DNA of 61,224 bases from Candidatus Kaiserbacteria bacterium CG10_big_fil_rev_8_21_14_0_10_45_20. Lineage in GTDB: Bacteria > Patescibacteriota > Minisyncoccia > Phycocordibacterales > Phycocordibacteraceae. The notes beneath the pieces were generated by a model. It did not search any database. It saw only the letters and a list, made by a program, of their open reading frames with translations, and had not been told where the DNA came from. Shown here in pieces: positions 7,695-17,433 of this stretch. Where the stretch lies: positions 1 through 61,224 of the forward strand of contig PFBH01000001.1 in the NCBI GenBank assembly GCA_002773335.1. The letters run 5' to 3'. Position 1 is the stretch's first letter. Each line of letters starts with the position of its first letter. The translations under genes and the position numbers were made by a program.

Positions 7695-7946
7695 CTAGTA
7701 CCCAATATCTTCAAGAACGCTCGGGTCAACTCCTCTTTCTTCTTCTCTTTTGCGAAGAAGTTTCGCATCTTTTAATTTCTTGTCTCCATATTTTTCGCTA
7801 AACATCTCATCTCTATCTTTTCTTTCTGCTATCTTTTTTGCCCGGGCTTCAGCACCCTTTTTTCCAGCTTGACTTAATTTTGTACGAGCTCTTTCGTCAG
7901 TGCCAGATCTTTTTATTGCCTCGCGTATAAAATGTGGTTTGTTCAT
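7695..7946 (-). CDS. hypothetical Lys/Arg/Glu-rich protein (83 aa)
   Basis: ORF track. 4-nt overlap with the upstream yqeY-like gene suggests translational coupling. Confidence 0.45.
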   Translation of the reverse strand: MNKPHFIREAIKRSGTDERARTKLSQAGKKGAEARAKKIAERKDRDEMFSEKYGDKKLKDAKLLRKREEERGVDPSVLEDIGY

Positions 7947-8392
7947 ACAACTTCTTCTACTATTTTTTTAACCGTATCACCATCAGCCTTACCCGCAAGC
8001 TCTTTCATTACCGCACCCATTAAACGGCCAATATCTTTTTTCTCTGAAATACCAAGCTCTGCTTTCTTTGTTTCCACTATTCTTCTAACGTCAGCTTCAT
8101 TCATAAGGGCGGGGAGGTAGGCATTCAGTATCTCTATTTCTTTCTCTTCTTTCTCGGCAAGTTCTGGCCGGTTTCCGGCTTTAAACGCCTCCGCAGACTC
8201 TTTTCGTTTTTTTACTTCACGCCGAATAACTAAGATAACCTCTTCGTCACTCAGCTCTTCTGTCGGCTTTCTTTTTGTGGCAACAAGCTCGTTGGTAAAA
8301 GAGGCAGAAAGCCCACGGAGCACCTCAACCCGAAGCACGTCCCGCTCTTTCATTGCAGTATGAACCTCTCCCTTAATTTGTGTGTGTAGCAT
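7943..8392 (-). CDS. GatB/YqeY domain protein
   Basis: 149 aa with a typical YqeY pattern (KERD..R...LR, NAYLP, GKADG..V). Confidence 0.7.
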   Translation of the reverse strand: MLHTQIKGEVHTAMKERDVLRVEVLRGLSASFTNELVATKRKPTEELSDEEVILVIRREVKKRKESAEAFKAGNRPELAEKEEKEIEILNAYLPALMNEADVRRIVETKKAELGISEKKDIGRLMGAVMKELAGKADGDTVKKIVEEVV

Positions 8393-8596
8393 TTTATTTA
8401 TTTTTTATGGTACTGCGACCCGCATTGATTTTTTGTAAATCAAATTCGGTTGGGTACGATGCGTTTCGCAATATGAGTCTTAAAAAAACCACAAAAGGGT
8501 TTGGGTGATAGGTAACCGAAGATTCTTTCTCTTTGTTATTTTCTGTAGTCATACGTAAATAATAGCGCACCTTTGTGTTGTGGTAAAATCATCTTT

Positions 8597-9643
8597 ATGG
8601 ACGCCATTTCTATTGTACTTCTTGGTATTCTTGTACTGCTCGTAATAAACGCCATTGCGCTGTTCGTTCTCTTTACCCGCTCTTCAAAGGGTAACGGCGG
8701 AGAGGGGCTCTCATTTATACAGCAACAGATAAGTGACCTTTCAAAAACACTCGACGCAAAAGTCTCAGAGTCGTCTCGGGCAATGCAAGAGAACGCCCAT
8801 AGGCAGTTTTCAGAATCATCAAAATTAATAAAAGAGATTACCCAAGAGGTAACCAGTGTTAAAGAAATAGGAAGACAAACACAAGGATTTGCCGAACAGC
8901 TCAAGTCACTGCAAGACATTTTAAAAAACCCAAAACAACGGGGGGTGCTCGGAGAGTACTACCTAGAGACAGTGCTAAAAAACGTCCTCCCTCCGGGTAT
9001 GTACCAAACGCAGTATCCGTTTACCAATGGCGAGGTTGTTGACGCGGTCGTATTTGTAAACGATAAGGTGGTACCGATTGATTCTAAGTTTTCTTTAGAA
9101 AACTATAATCGTTTAGTGCAAGCAAGTCCCGACGAAAGGACCGCATTTGAAAAAATATTTGTAAATGATTTAAAACTACGCATTACTGAGACGGCAAAAT
9201 ACATTCGCCCCGAAGAGAGGACAATGGACTTTGCGTTTATGTTTATTCCATCAGAAGGTATCTACTACGATCTCCTTACTAACCAAGTAGGTGCCGGAGA
9301 AGATGACAACCTGATCCAACGAGCCGCCAGCAAATACAAAGTAATTATTGTTTCTCCCACGTCATTTTTGGCGTACCTCCAAACGGTAATGCAGGGACTG
9401 AAGGCACTGAGCATTGAAAAGAAAGCAGAAGAAATTCAAAAACGAGTAGGAGAGCTGGGGAAGCACTTACAGACGTACGAGGGGTATATGCAAAAGCTTG
9501 GCAATACGCTGGGCACCACGGTAAACCACTATAATGCCGCGTATAAAGAGCTTGGCAAGATAGATAAGGACGTTCTTCGTATTGCGGGTGAAGGGGTGGG
9601 GGTTTCTGTAGAGACGCTTGATGGGGTAGAAAAGAACGATTAG
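8597..9643 (+). CDS. rmuC: DNA recombination protein RmuC
   Basis: N-terminal TM helix, coiled coil and a C-terminal nuclease-like region (DAVVF..PIDSKFSLENY). The ATG at 8597 is preferred over the TTG at 8573. Confidence 0.75.
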   Translation: MDAISIVLLGILVLLVINAIALFVLFTRSSKGNGGEGLSFIQQQISDLSKTLDAKVSESSRAMQENAHRQFSESSKLIKEITQEVTSVKEIGRQTQGFAEQLKSLQDILKNPKQRGVLGEYYLETVLKNVLPPGMYQTQYPFTNGEVVDAVVFVNDKVVPIDSKFSLENYNRLVQASPDERTAFEKIFVNDLKLRITETAKYIRPEERTMDFAFMFIPSEGIYYDLLTNQVGAGEDDNLIQRAASKYKVIIVSPTSFLAYLQTVMQGLKALSIEKKAEEIQKRVGELGKHLQTYEGYMQKLGNTLGTTVNHYNAAYKELGKIDKDVLRIAGEGVGVSVETLDGVEKND

Positions 9644-9683
9644 GAGACTAGGGAGTTAGGCATTAGGAGGATTAGGTTGTTAG
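9644..9683. repeat. TTAGG-word array after the rmuC stop
   Basis: TAGGGAGTTAGGCATTAGGAGGATTAGGTTGTTAG. The 21-mer at 9663-9683 is the exact reverse complement of 32851-32871. Confidence 0.8.
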
Positions 9684-9813
9684 AAATGAGTTATGAAACC
9701 TCTCTTACTCTTTCATCTCACCTCTCTCTGTCATACCAACATACAGTCTACTTTTGTACTATTTTACTCGTTTGGGGTTGCTAAAGCAGGATTTATCGGG
9801 TATTATTGCCCTC

Positions 9814-10143
9814 ATGAAAACAGCAGTTATCGCAACAGGAGGAAAGCAGTACCTTGTGTCCGAAGGTACCACTATTACCATTGAAAAACTCCCTGTTCCT
9901 GCGGGTAAAGAAGACTATAAAAAAGGCGATTCTGTCGTCTTTGACGAGGTGTTAATGACCGATAATGGAAAGGATATTGACCTTGGAAAACCAACAGTTT
10001 CTGGGGCTACAGTAAGCGCCATCGTACTTTCTGCGGGACGAGCAAAAAAGGTCACTGTGATCCGTTATAAGGCGAAAAGCAGGTATTTTAAGAAAAAGGG
10101 GCACCGACAACCATTCGTAAAGGTAAAGATTGACAAAGTTTAG
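9814..10143 (+). CDS. rplU: 50S ribosomal protein L21
   Basis: MKTAVIATGGKQYLV N-terminus. The internal ATG of ORF 9754..10143 is used as the start. Confidence 0.85.
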   Translation: MKTAVIATGGKQYLVSEGTTITIEKLPVPAGKEDYKKGDSVVFDEVLMTDNGKDIDLGKPTVSGATVSAIVLSAGRAKKVTVIRYKAKSRYFKKKGHRQPFVKVKIDKV

Positions 10144-10170
10144 TATAAGTGATATACTTAGTATAGAGTA

Positions 10171-10201
10171 AAATATCCGTATTAGTACGGATATTTTTTT
10201 A
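10171..10201 (+). terminator. intrinsic terminator after rplU
   Basis: ATATCCGTA-TTAG-TACGGATAT followed by T7. Confidence 0.7.
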
Positions 10202-10219
10202 TAATCAACCAATTGTTAT

Positions 10220-10501
10220 ATGAATAGAAACAGAAACGAGCAACCTTATGCAAATGATAATGACATAGAATCAACTCGTATTTATTTTACGTCAGTATAC
10301 TTTGATGGTGAAAACCCTTACGCCGTTTTCAATGGAGAGACGTGGAATGTAAAAATAGACAACGAAGGAAATCCTATCACCAGAAAGAGTCCAAGGAGAG
10401 GAATGGAAGAAAATCCCTTAATAAAAATATATCAGGGATCAAAAACGAGATGGGTTCATTGGAGAAATAAATCAACGGCAGTATTACGAGTCAGTCATTA
10501 G
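10220..10501 (+). CDS. hypothetical protein (93 aa)
   Basis: ORF track; no recognisable motif. Confidence 0.4.
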   Translation: MNRNRNEQPYANDNDIESTRIYFTSVYFDGENPYAVFNGETWNVKIDNEGNPITRKSPRRGMEENPLIKIYQGSKTRWVHWRNKSTAVLRVSH

Positions 10502-10510
10502 ACCAAGCTC

Positions 10511-10804
10511 TTGTTCGTTTGGTATGCAAATATGAAAGAATGGACCAGACCACCGCTTCCTGCTAATGATCGTTTCTCTGCTACTGCCACAGAGAGGCGT
10601 ATCATGGAAGAAGAGTTGACGCTTGATAAAAGCGGAAATATGCTCGCTTCGTTAAATGGTTTTATCTGGCAAATAGTATCATTTTCTTCTCGTCTGTGGT
10701 GCGTAGAGACGGGTGTTTCAGTATGGAGGGTGCGATTAAAAAGAAAGAGACAGAACGGATCGTTCGAGTACTCTAAAGGATACGTGGTAGGGAAGAGGGG
10801 TTAA
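10511..10804 (+). CDS. hypothetical protein (about 90-97 aa)
   Basis: ORF track. TTG start at 10511 or ATG at 10532. The 3' end overlaps the convergent recR by 4 nt. Confidence 0.35.
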   Translation: MFVWYANMKEWTRPPLPANDRFSATATERRIMEEELTLDKSGNMLASLNGFIWQIVSFSSRLWCVETGVSVWRVRLKRKRQNGSFEYSKGYVVGKRG

Positions 10805-11415
10805 AAAATTTCTGATCGTCCCTGCAGGGCGCTTCGTAATGTCTCTTGATCTGCATATTCAATCTCGGCTCCTAACGAAAGACCACGTCCAAGGACGGTC
10901 ACTTTTGTGGTAGGGAAGCTTTCCTGTATCTTGTTTTTCAATTCTTTCGCGGTAAAATCTCCCTCGGGGGTTGTGGAGAACGCCAGTATAACCTCTTGTA
11001 TATGTTGTTGTGCTTTGAGTCTCTTTATCAGTTCGTTTACCCGTGGAGAAAGGACGTTCTTTCTTTGTCGCGCAAGTGGCATCAGCGCACCCAGTACAAA
11101 ATACTGCCCCTTATACGAGTGAACCGCTTCAACGCCATCAACGTCAACGTCTTTTTCTACAACAACTAACACAGCGTCGTCTCGGTTGGGGTTGGCACAT
11201 AGAGAGCAGGTACCTTTAGCGTTTACCTCGTCAAAACGGAAACAAGAAGAGCACTGAGAAATATTTTCGTTCATCGTCACGATTGCCTCGGCGAGACGTT
11301 TTTTAAACGCCATATCAGTACGGAGCAAAAATTGTACAACCCGTCTTGCTTGGCGTGGACCAATGCCGGGAAGTTCTGAAATCAAGTCAACTAATTTTTG
11401 AAGCGATCGTGGCAT
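10801..11415 (-). CDS. recR: recombination protein RecR
   Basis: ELPGIGPRQARRVV helix-hairpin-helix, a C4 zinc finger (CSSC..CSLC) and a Toprim region. Confidence 0.9.
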   Translation of the reverse strand: MPRSLQKLVDLISELPGIGPRQARRVVQFLLRTDMAFKKRLAEAIVTMNENISQCSSCFRFDEVNAKGTCSLCANPNRDDAVLVVVEKDVDVDGVEAVHSYKGQYFVLGALMPLARQRKNVLSPRVNELIKRLKAQQHIQEVILAFSTTPEGDFTAKELKNKIQESFPTTKVTVLGRGLSLGAEIEYADQETLRSALQGRSEIF

Positions 11416-11432
11416 AGCAATACTTTTTTACG

Positions 11433-12860
11433 CTAAAAGTCGTCAGAAGATGTTACGGACTCATTTTCTGCTCCATCAAAGTCACTCTTATCAACAGAGA
11501 GGAAAGTGGTTTTCTCGGCATCAAAGAACAGGTCAATCTTTCCGGTGGGGCCGTTTCTGTGCTTTTCAACAAGAATTTCGGTGTGGCCGTTTCTCTCCTC
11601 TACATTATCGTTATACCTATCTTCGTTGTGAATAAAGATCACCACGTCAGCGTCTTGCTCAATAGACCCGGAGTCACGCAAGTCTGATAGACGAGGACGT
11701 CCCCGCCTTTGTTCAATGGCACGAGAGAGCTGAGAGAGGGCAATAATAGGCACGTCCAGTTCACGTGCAAGTCCCTTCAGTGATCGCGATATTTCAGTCA
11801 CTTGTTGCACCATAGAGTCTGACTGACCTTTGGTTGAAGATGTCATCAGCTGAAGGTAGTCAACGATTAAAAGCCCGATACCATGCTCTCGTTTCAATCG
11901 TCGCGCAACAGAACGCATAACGATGGCATTTGTCGCGGGTTGATCGTCAATGTAAATCGGAGACTTTGAGAGTCGCTCCATTGCCCCACGGACGTTTTCA
12001 AATTCGGCATCAGAGCCAAGCTTTCCTGTGCGCAACTTCCACGCGTTCACTTTTGCCTCGGCGGCAAGCATACGGTCTACCAACTGCTGAGAGCTCATTT
12101 CAAGAGAGAAGATCCCAACCGGAGTTCCATATTTAACGGCGGTTTGTCTCGCAATATCGAGCGCGAGCGCGGTTTTACCGGCAGAAGGTCTTGCCGCCAA
12201 GATAATCAAATCAGAAGGCTGAAAGCCGGCCAAAAGGTTGTCGAGTGCGGGGTACCCCGTCGGAACACCGCGCAAGACCTGCTCACTGCTATGCAATTTT
12301 TCAAAACGTTCCCACGCCGTCCCCAACATATCCTTCATCGGGATAAACTTTCTCGTGGTCGGAGACGACGTAACCTCGGACATTCGTTTATCAGCAGCGT
12401 CGAGCGTCTCTTCTATGTCACGAGATTCGTCATACCCAATCTCTCCAATTTCAGCGGCAGCGTCAATCAAGTTACGCATCATTGATTTTTTTTGAACAAT
12501 CTCGGCGTAGTACTTCAGGTTTGCAGAAGAGGGGACCGTGCCCACCAACTCAGCCAAGTACGCGTTCCCACCAACAGACTCAAGCTCTTTCAGTTCTTTC
12601 AGTCGGTCTGCTACCGAAAGAAGGTCAATAGGGTTTGCGGAATTGGTCAGATCGAGCATTGCTCGAAATATCGCACGGTGTTTCTCAACATAGAAAGAGT
12701 CAGGGTTGACCGTTTCTGTTGCTTCGTGAATAGCGTCAGACTTGAGCATTATTGAACCCAAAAGAGCCCGTTCTGCTTCGGTATTTTGTGGGGGAATCCG
12801 AGATTGTGGAGATGCCATAGAAAGCATTGTACCACCCAACCGCCAAAACCAGGATTTCAA
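11433..12860 (-). CDS. dnaB: replicative DNA helicase DnaB
   Basis: AERALLGS N-terminal domain, Walker A ARPSAGKT and the SQLSR motif. No intein. The start may be the ATG at 12827. Confidence 0.9.
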   Translation of the reverse strand: MKSWFWRLGGTMLSMASPQSRIPPQNTEAERALLGSIMLKSDAIHEATETVNPDSFYVEKHRAIFRAMLDLTNSANPIDLLSVADRLKELKELESVGGNAYLAELVGTVPSSANLKYYAEIVQKKSMMRNLIDAAAEIGEIGYDESRDIEETLDAADKRMSEVTSSPTTRKFIPMKDMLGTAWERFEKLHSSEQVLRGVPTGYPALDNLLAGFQPSDLIILAARPSAGKTALALDIARQTAVKYGTPVGIFSLEMSSQQLVDRMLAAEAKVNAWKLRTGKLGSDAEFENVRGAMERLSKSPIYIDDQPATNAIVMRSVARRLKREHGIGLLIVDYLQLMTSSTKGQSDSMVQQVTEISRSLKGLARELDVPIIALSQLSRAIEQRRGRPRLSDLRDSGSIEQDADVVIFIHNEDRYNDNVEERNGHTEILVEKHRNGPTGKIDLFFDAEKTTFLSVDKSDFDGAENESVTSSDDF

Positions 12861-12917
12861 AAAGGCACCTTACAAACACCTCTTTCCACTCAGTTTTCCA
12901 CCTCTACAAATACGGTA

Positions 12918-13850
12918 TTAAAACCACTTCTTTACCTTAAAGTACGCAAAAAAGACAAGCGTTAAGACAATCATTCCTCCAACAATGATCCAAAAATCAA
13001 ATTCGTATCCCACAAAGGGGGTAAATTCGGTATTCATTCCAAAGATACCGGCAATCAAAGAGAGAGGAAAGGTCACAAACGCCATAATGGTCAGGTTTTT
13101 CATAATCTCGTTTTGTCTTGTGTACAGAAGAGATGTATTGGTGTCTTGCAGTTCATTTAGCACATCAGCTAAAGCAAGCACTCGCGCGTACGCACGGTCT
13201 TGAATCGCGGCAACTGACCTAAAGTAGTTTCGTACCCCTTCGCCAAACAGACTTGTTCCGGCGTGCTCCATTGAATCCAGGGTGTTTTTATGACTTGCCA
13301 AAATTCGTTTATGAGACAGTAATCCCCGACGAGCTTTTGAAATAACAGTTACCATTTCTTTTTCTTTACCTGCAAAGATTTCAGATTCAATCTCTTCAAT
13401 CCTGTCTTCGAGAGAATCAAATTGCGACTCAAGGTCTCGGTATAAAAGTTCACTTAATTCAAAAAAGAGGTGACCGCTGTGCATTTTTCCGGTACCTTTT
13501 TTCAGAATAGTCGCTGCCTCAAACGAACGGGTGAGCTCGTCAATAAAACCCATCGGTTCATACTGAACGGTAATCATATAATTCTTTCCCAAAACAACGT
13601 CCATCTCAAGGCGTGATTGATGATCTTTTGTTGGACGTATTGAAAGAAAGTGTAGAACCGCGTAGGCGCAGTCAGGGTACATATCCACACGCGTCTTTGG
13701 GGTAGGAGAGAGGAGGTCGTTTGCTAAAACCGGAGAGAGTGAAAACTCGGTGCTAATTTTTTGCACCTCTTCGGACGTAGGGTTCTCTAAGTTTATCCAC
13801 GTCGCCCCCTGTAATTCAAAACGGGTTATCATTAGCTGACAGTATACCAC
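12918..13850 (-). CDS. corA: CorA-family magnesium/cobalt transporter
   Basis: GMN motif (FGMNTEF) preceding the last two TM helices. Confidence 0.8.
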   Translation of the reverse strand: MVYCQLMITRFELQGATWINLENPTSEEVQKISTEFSLSPVLANDLLSPTPKTRVDMYPDCAYAVLHFLSIRPTKDHQSRLEMDVVLGKNYMITVQYEPMGFIDELTRSFEAATILKKGTGKMHSGHLFFELSELLYRDLESQFDSLEDRIEEIESEIFAGKEKEMVTVISKARRGLLSHKRILASHKNTLDSMEHAGTSLFGEGVRNYFRSVAAIQDRAYARVLALADVLNELQDTNTSLLYTRQNEIMKNLTIMAFVTFPLSLIAGIFGMNTEFTPFVGYEFDFWIIVGGMIVLTLVFFAYFKVKKWF

Positions 13851-13872
13851 TGGTATGGCACAATAGGAGCAT

Positions 13873-15114
13873 ATGAACGAACCTGAAGTGAAAAACGCTG
13901 AAGCGAAATCAAAAAACGATTATAAAAAAATCGGCATTATCAGCGCCATAGTTTTTATTGTTGGTGTTATAGCCGGATCAACAGGCATACTGCCGTTTGC
14001 CGGAGCCAATACGGACGTTGGGAAAATTCCAGAAAACGCTGATTTTGACGCGCTACACCGTGCATGGAATATCTTAGAGCAAAACTATGTATCCGCTTCA
14101 AGTACCCAGCCGGATGTTTCTCCTGAAGAGCGTGTGTGGGGAGCGATCTCGGGACTTGCATCATCGTACGGAGATCCGTACACAACATTCTTTCCTCCTG
14201 AAGAAAAGAAGTCTTTTGAAAGTGAGGTTCGTGGAGACTTTGAGGGGGTCGGTATGGAAATCGGACTACGCGACGACGTGCTCGTGGTTATTGCCCCACT
14301 CAAAAACACTCCTGCGTACCGAGCAGGTATAGAGAGCGGAGACGTCATTTTACTGATTGACGGAAAGTCAACGCAAGGGTTTACAACAGAAGAGGCTGTT
14401 CGTTTGATACGTGGACCAAAGGGGTCAACGGTAGTTTTAACTGTTTCTCGAGACGGTGGAGCACCGTTTGAGATTCCCATTGTTCGAGACACTATTTTGT
14501 TGCCAACGATTGATACAACGCTTCGCGATGACGGTGTCTTCGTTCTCTCTCTCTACAGCTTCAACGCGCTTGCTCCCCAGTACTTCAGAGGAGCCATTCA
14601 AGAGTTTGCAAACTCAGGGTCAACAAAACTGCTTATTGACCTGAGGGGCAATCCGGGAGGTTTTCTTGAGGTTGCCATAGAGCTCTCAAGCTGGTTCCTT
14701 CCGGTCGGAAAGGTCGTAGTAAGCGAAGATCACGGAGAGGGGGCCAGTGCCCACGTTGTCCACCGAAGCCGGGGGTACGATGTATTTAACGACGTCGTAG
14801 ACGTAGCAATCCTTATCAACCAAGGATCAGCGTCAGCCTCAGAAATTTTTGCCGGTGCACTCCAACAGCATGGAGAGGCAACCCTGATAGGGAGTTCGTC
14901 ATTCGGCAAAGGTTCCGTACAGCAACTATTTCCGGTCACTGACGATACATCACTAAAAATTACTATCGCGCAGTGGCTCACGCCAAACGGTAAGTCAATA
15001 TCTGATGGTGGATTGACTCCTGATATAGAGGTGGAGGTAACAGACGAAGACAGAGCGGCCGAGAGAGACGTTCAGCTCGAGCGAGCGGTAGAGTTTCTAC
15101 TAAATGGAGAATAG
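13873..15114 (+). CDS. S41-family carboxy-terminal processing protease with PDZ domain
   Basis: N-terminal anchor, PDZ (AGIESGDVILLIDG), DLRGNPGG and SASASEIFAGALQ motifs. Confidence 0.85.
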   Translation: MNEPEVKNAEAKSKNDYKKIGIISAIVFIVGVIAGSTGILPFAGANTDVGKIPENADFDALHRAWNILEQNYVSASSTQPDVSPEERVWGAISGLASSYGDPYTTFFPPEEKKSFESEVRGDFEGVGMEIGLRDDVLVVIAPLKNTPAYRAGIESGDVILLIDGKSTQGFTTEEAVRLIRGPKGSTVVLTVSRDGGAPFEIPIVRDTILLPTIDTTLRDDGVFVLSLYSFNALAPQYFRGAIQEFANSGSTKLLIDLRGNPGGFLEVAIELSSWFLPVGKVVVSEDHGEGASAHVVHRSRGYDVFNDVVDVAILINQGSASASEIFAGALQQHGEATLIGSSSFGKGSVQQLFPVTDDTSLKITIAQWLTPNGKSISDGGLTPDIEVEVTDEDRAAERDVQLERAVEFLLNGE

Positions 15115-15119
15115 GCGAT

Positions 15120-15566
15120 ATGAAGGTTATACTGATCACCGATGTAAAGAAGCTTGGACAGAGGGGAGAGTTAAAAGACGTTGCCGAAGGGTACGCGCAA
15201 AACGTTCTTATCCCCAAAAAAATGGCACTCCCTGCGACAGCAGAAAACCTAAAAGTGTACGAAAAAAAGAAGTCACTGGTTGAGCAAAAAAAACACGAAG
15301 AGGAAGAAGAGCTTGCCACCAGTGTCCGCTCTTTAAAGGGGAAGGAGGTTCAGATAGCGGTGAAGGCAAACGAAGCAGGTGGCCTTTTTAAATCTATTAC
15401 AAAAGAGGACATTCAAAAGGCAATACTCACGCAATTTTCAGTTACCATTCCTGACTCAGCAATTTTGGTATCTGAAACCATAAAACACACCGGGAATTTT
15501 GATATTAGCATTGAAGGCGGTGGCGCCAAAGTCTCTTGCAAACTTGTAATCAGTGCAACAAAATAA
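15120..15566 (+). CDS. rplI: 50S ribosomal protein L9
   Basis: MKVILITDVKKLGQRGELKDVAEGYAQNVLIPKK. Confidence 0.85.
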   Translation: MKVILITDVKKLGQRGELKDVAEGYAQNVLIPKKMALPATAENLKVYEKKKSLVEQKKHEEEEELATSVRSLKGKEVQIAVKANEAGGLFKSITKEDIQKAILTQFSVTIPDSAILVSETIKHTGNFDISIEGGGAKVSCKLVISATK

Positions 15567-15733
15567 AATACTATAGGGGATAGGGTATGTAGAGTATTTA
15601 GTATTCTGTATACAGTATGAGTTATGAATGTTTTTTCTTGCTAATTCCTAATTTCCTAGAGCCTAATCCTCCTAGTTTTAAGCACTGTTCCTTTGGGCTA
15701 AAGCCTAATAGCCTAATCTTCCTAACCTTCTAG
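15567..15733. repeat. intergenic mosaic repeat (TAGGG/CCTAA words; shares a module with 32093-32130)
   Basis: TTCTGTATACAGTAT at 15604-15618 is identical to 32109-32123. The right half is CCTAA-word rich. Confidence 0.75.
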
Positions 15734-16006
15734 CTATTGGACATCTACAACCTTTCTTGAAATTTTCGTTCCGTCAAAACGTATTTTTTGTTTATCTCGG
15801 TATGAAACAACGCCTTCTCCAACAGCAAAGACAGTGTGGTCTTTTCCAAGAGAAGTATTCTTTCCAGCCATAAACTTCGTACCACGTTGACGTACGATAA
15901 TAGAACCCTTTTTTGCTTTTTGCCCAGCATACAATTTAATGCCGAGGTACTTAGGATTTGAATCGGTTAGGTTTTTTGCTGAACCGCCAGCCTTCTTATG
16001 TGCCAT
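15734..16006 (-). CDS. rpmA: 50S ribosomal protein L27
   Basis: [13 protein letters not shown]-terminus. Confidence 0.9.
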   Translation of the reverse strand: MAHKKAGGSAKNLTDSNPKYLGIKLYAGQKAKKGSIIVRQRGTKFMAGKNTSLGKDHTVFAVGEGVVSYRDKQKIRFDGTKISRKVVDVQ

Positions 16007-16075
16007 AGTGTTACAAGATTAGGTTCTAGGTAATGAGACTCCAGAATATAGATAAAACCAGAGGTGGTACACTAG

Positions 16076-16480
16076 ATGAAAGGAATGATACCCAATATAG
16101 CTAGAAAAATCAAGGGCATACCTCAAACGCTGTGGACCGATATATTCATAGCCACCATAATCCTAAGTGTTGCTTTTTTGTCATTTTTCTTGGGTAGAAT
16201 ATCGGTTTTGCAAGAAGAGAGAGGCCAATTTCAGGTTATCTACCCTGAAGGTCAGCAAGCCTTTGTTGCGGGAGCTACAGAGCCTCAAAATGAAGAAAAC
16301 AAAACCACTGTAAGCGAGAGCGAAAAAAACTACGTTGCCTCTAAAACCGGCTCAAAGTACCACTTTCCTTGGTGTTCAGGGGCGAAGGCAATAAAAGAAG
16401 AGAATAAAGTATACTTTGCCACCAAAGCAGAGGCAGAAAGGGCAGGGTACGACCCGGCCGCAAACTGTAAAGGACTATAA
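16076..16480 (+). CDS. membrane-anchored protein with C-terminal Ada-like Cys motif
   Basis: One TM helix, then YHFPWCSG...GYDPAANCKG, which resembles the small metal-binding YH.P.C...C module. Confidence 0.45.
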   Translation: MKGMIPNIARKIKGIPQTLWTDIFIATIILSVAFLSFFLGRISVLQEERGQFQVIYPEGQQAFVAGATEPQNEENKTTVSESEKNYVASKTGSKYHFPWCSGAKAIKEENKVYFATKAEAERAGYDPAANCKGL

Positions 16481-16591
16481 GAAGACAGCTGTTAGATATT
16501 AGTGCTTAGTCTTTAGAAAAACAGATATTAAGAAGAAGGATGATAGAATAAAACTAATAACTAAGCACTAACAACTAATAACTGTTTTTCT
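16481..16591. repeat. intergenic spacer bracketed by inverted TTAGTGCTTAG / CTAAGCACTAA arms
   Basis: Left arm GTTAGATATTAGTGCTTAGTCTTTAG; right arm CTAATAACTAAGCACTAACAACTAATAAC. Confidence 0.8.
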
Positions 16592-17206
16592 ATGATTGCC
16601 CTCGATATTGAATCTTCAGGCACAGAGCCAGAAAAGCACTCAATTGTTTCTATTGGGGCGCTTGATATGGATAACCCTACAAACCAGTTTTACGATGAGT
16701 GTCGAATATGGGATGGCGCGGGAGTGGTAGACGAGGCACTATCGGTAAACGGATTTACAAAAGAAGAGATCCTTGATCCTTCAAAAAAATCAGAAGCAGA
16801 AATTATCAAAGCGTTTATCGCATGGTCATCAGAGGTGAGAGATACGACCATTGTCGGGCAAAACCCTTCATTTGACCGTGACTTTACAAAATATGCCTGT
16901 ATGCGCGCAAAAATAAACTTTCCCTTCGCGCACCGCACGGTAGACACGCACACACTCGCGTTTATGCATATGGTAAAGAGGGGAGTCAGGCCACCGTTTG
17001 ACTCTATAAAACGAAGGACAGCCCTTAACCTTGACGCCATACTCAATTACGCTGGCATTCCAGACGAACCGGAGCCGCACAATGCGCTAACCGGAGCGCT
17101 TTCTCACGCAGAGTGCGCTTCGCGCCTGTTGTATGGGCGAGAGCTCCTCGAAGATTTCTCAATGTACCCAATTCCGTGGGAAGTACCAAAAAAAGATAGT
17201 GCTTAG
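16592..17206 (+). CDS. DEDD-family 3'-5' exonuclease (DnaQ/RNase T-like)
   Basis: IALDIESSG (Exo I), GQNPSFDRDF (Exo II) and HNALTGAL (Exo III-like). The last codons and the TAG stop lie inside the repeat arm. Confidence 0.6.
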   Translation: MIALDIESSGTEPEKHSIVSIGALDMDNPTNQFYDECRIWDGAGVVDEALSVNGFTKEEILDPSKKSEAEIIKAFIAWSSEVRDTTIVGQNPSFDRDFTKYACMRAKINFPFAHRTVDTHTLAFMHMVKRGVRPPFDSIKRRTALNLDAILNYAGIPDEPEPHNALTGALSHAECASRLLYGRELLEDFSMYPIPWEVPKKDSA

Positions 17207-17433
17207 TCATTAGTGCTTAGAGAACAGTACTGAAGTAGGGGGTACGTCGGTAGACAGTACAGGAGAGAAATCTTCCAAATAGCCAGATGTCCCAAAAATC
17301 AAATAAAACATAAAGTACAGAGATCAAAGTACAAAACACAGAAGGAGGTAATTTAGAATTTTAAGTTTTGAATTTTGATTCAATTCAGAATGACTCAATG
17401 TTTTAAACATTCAGAACTAATGACTAAGCACTA
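17197..17433. repeat. 237-nt MITE-like intergenic element with perfect 17-bp terminal inverted repeats
   Basis: TAGTGCTTAGTCATTAG (17197-17213) is the reverse complement of 17417-17433. The interior carries the core module (17213-17270) and the SD-like module (17342-17389). Confidence 0.8.

Noticed and set aside
2747-12860. Inteins or introns in nrdJ and dnaB, which are common intein hosts.
   Set aside because: Both proteins are of normal length, with contiguous motifs and no Hint or endonuclease-like insertions.
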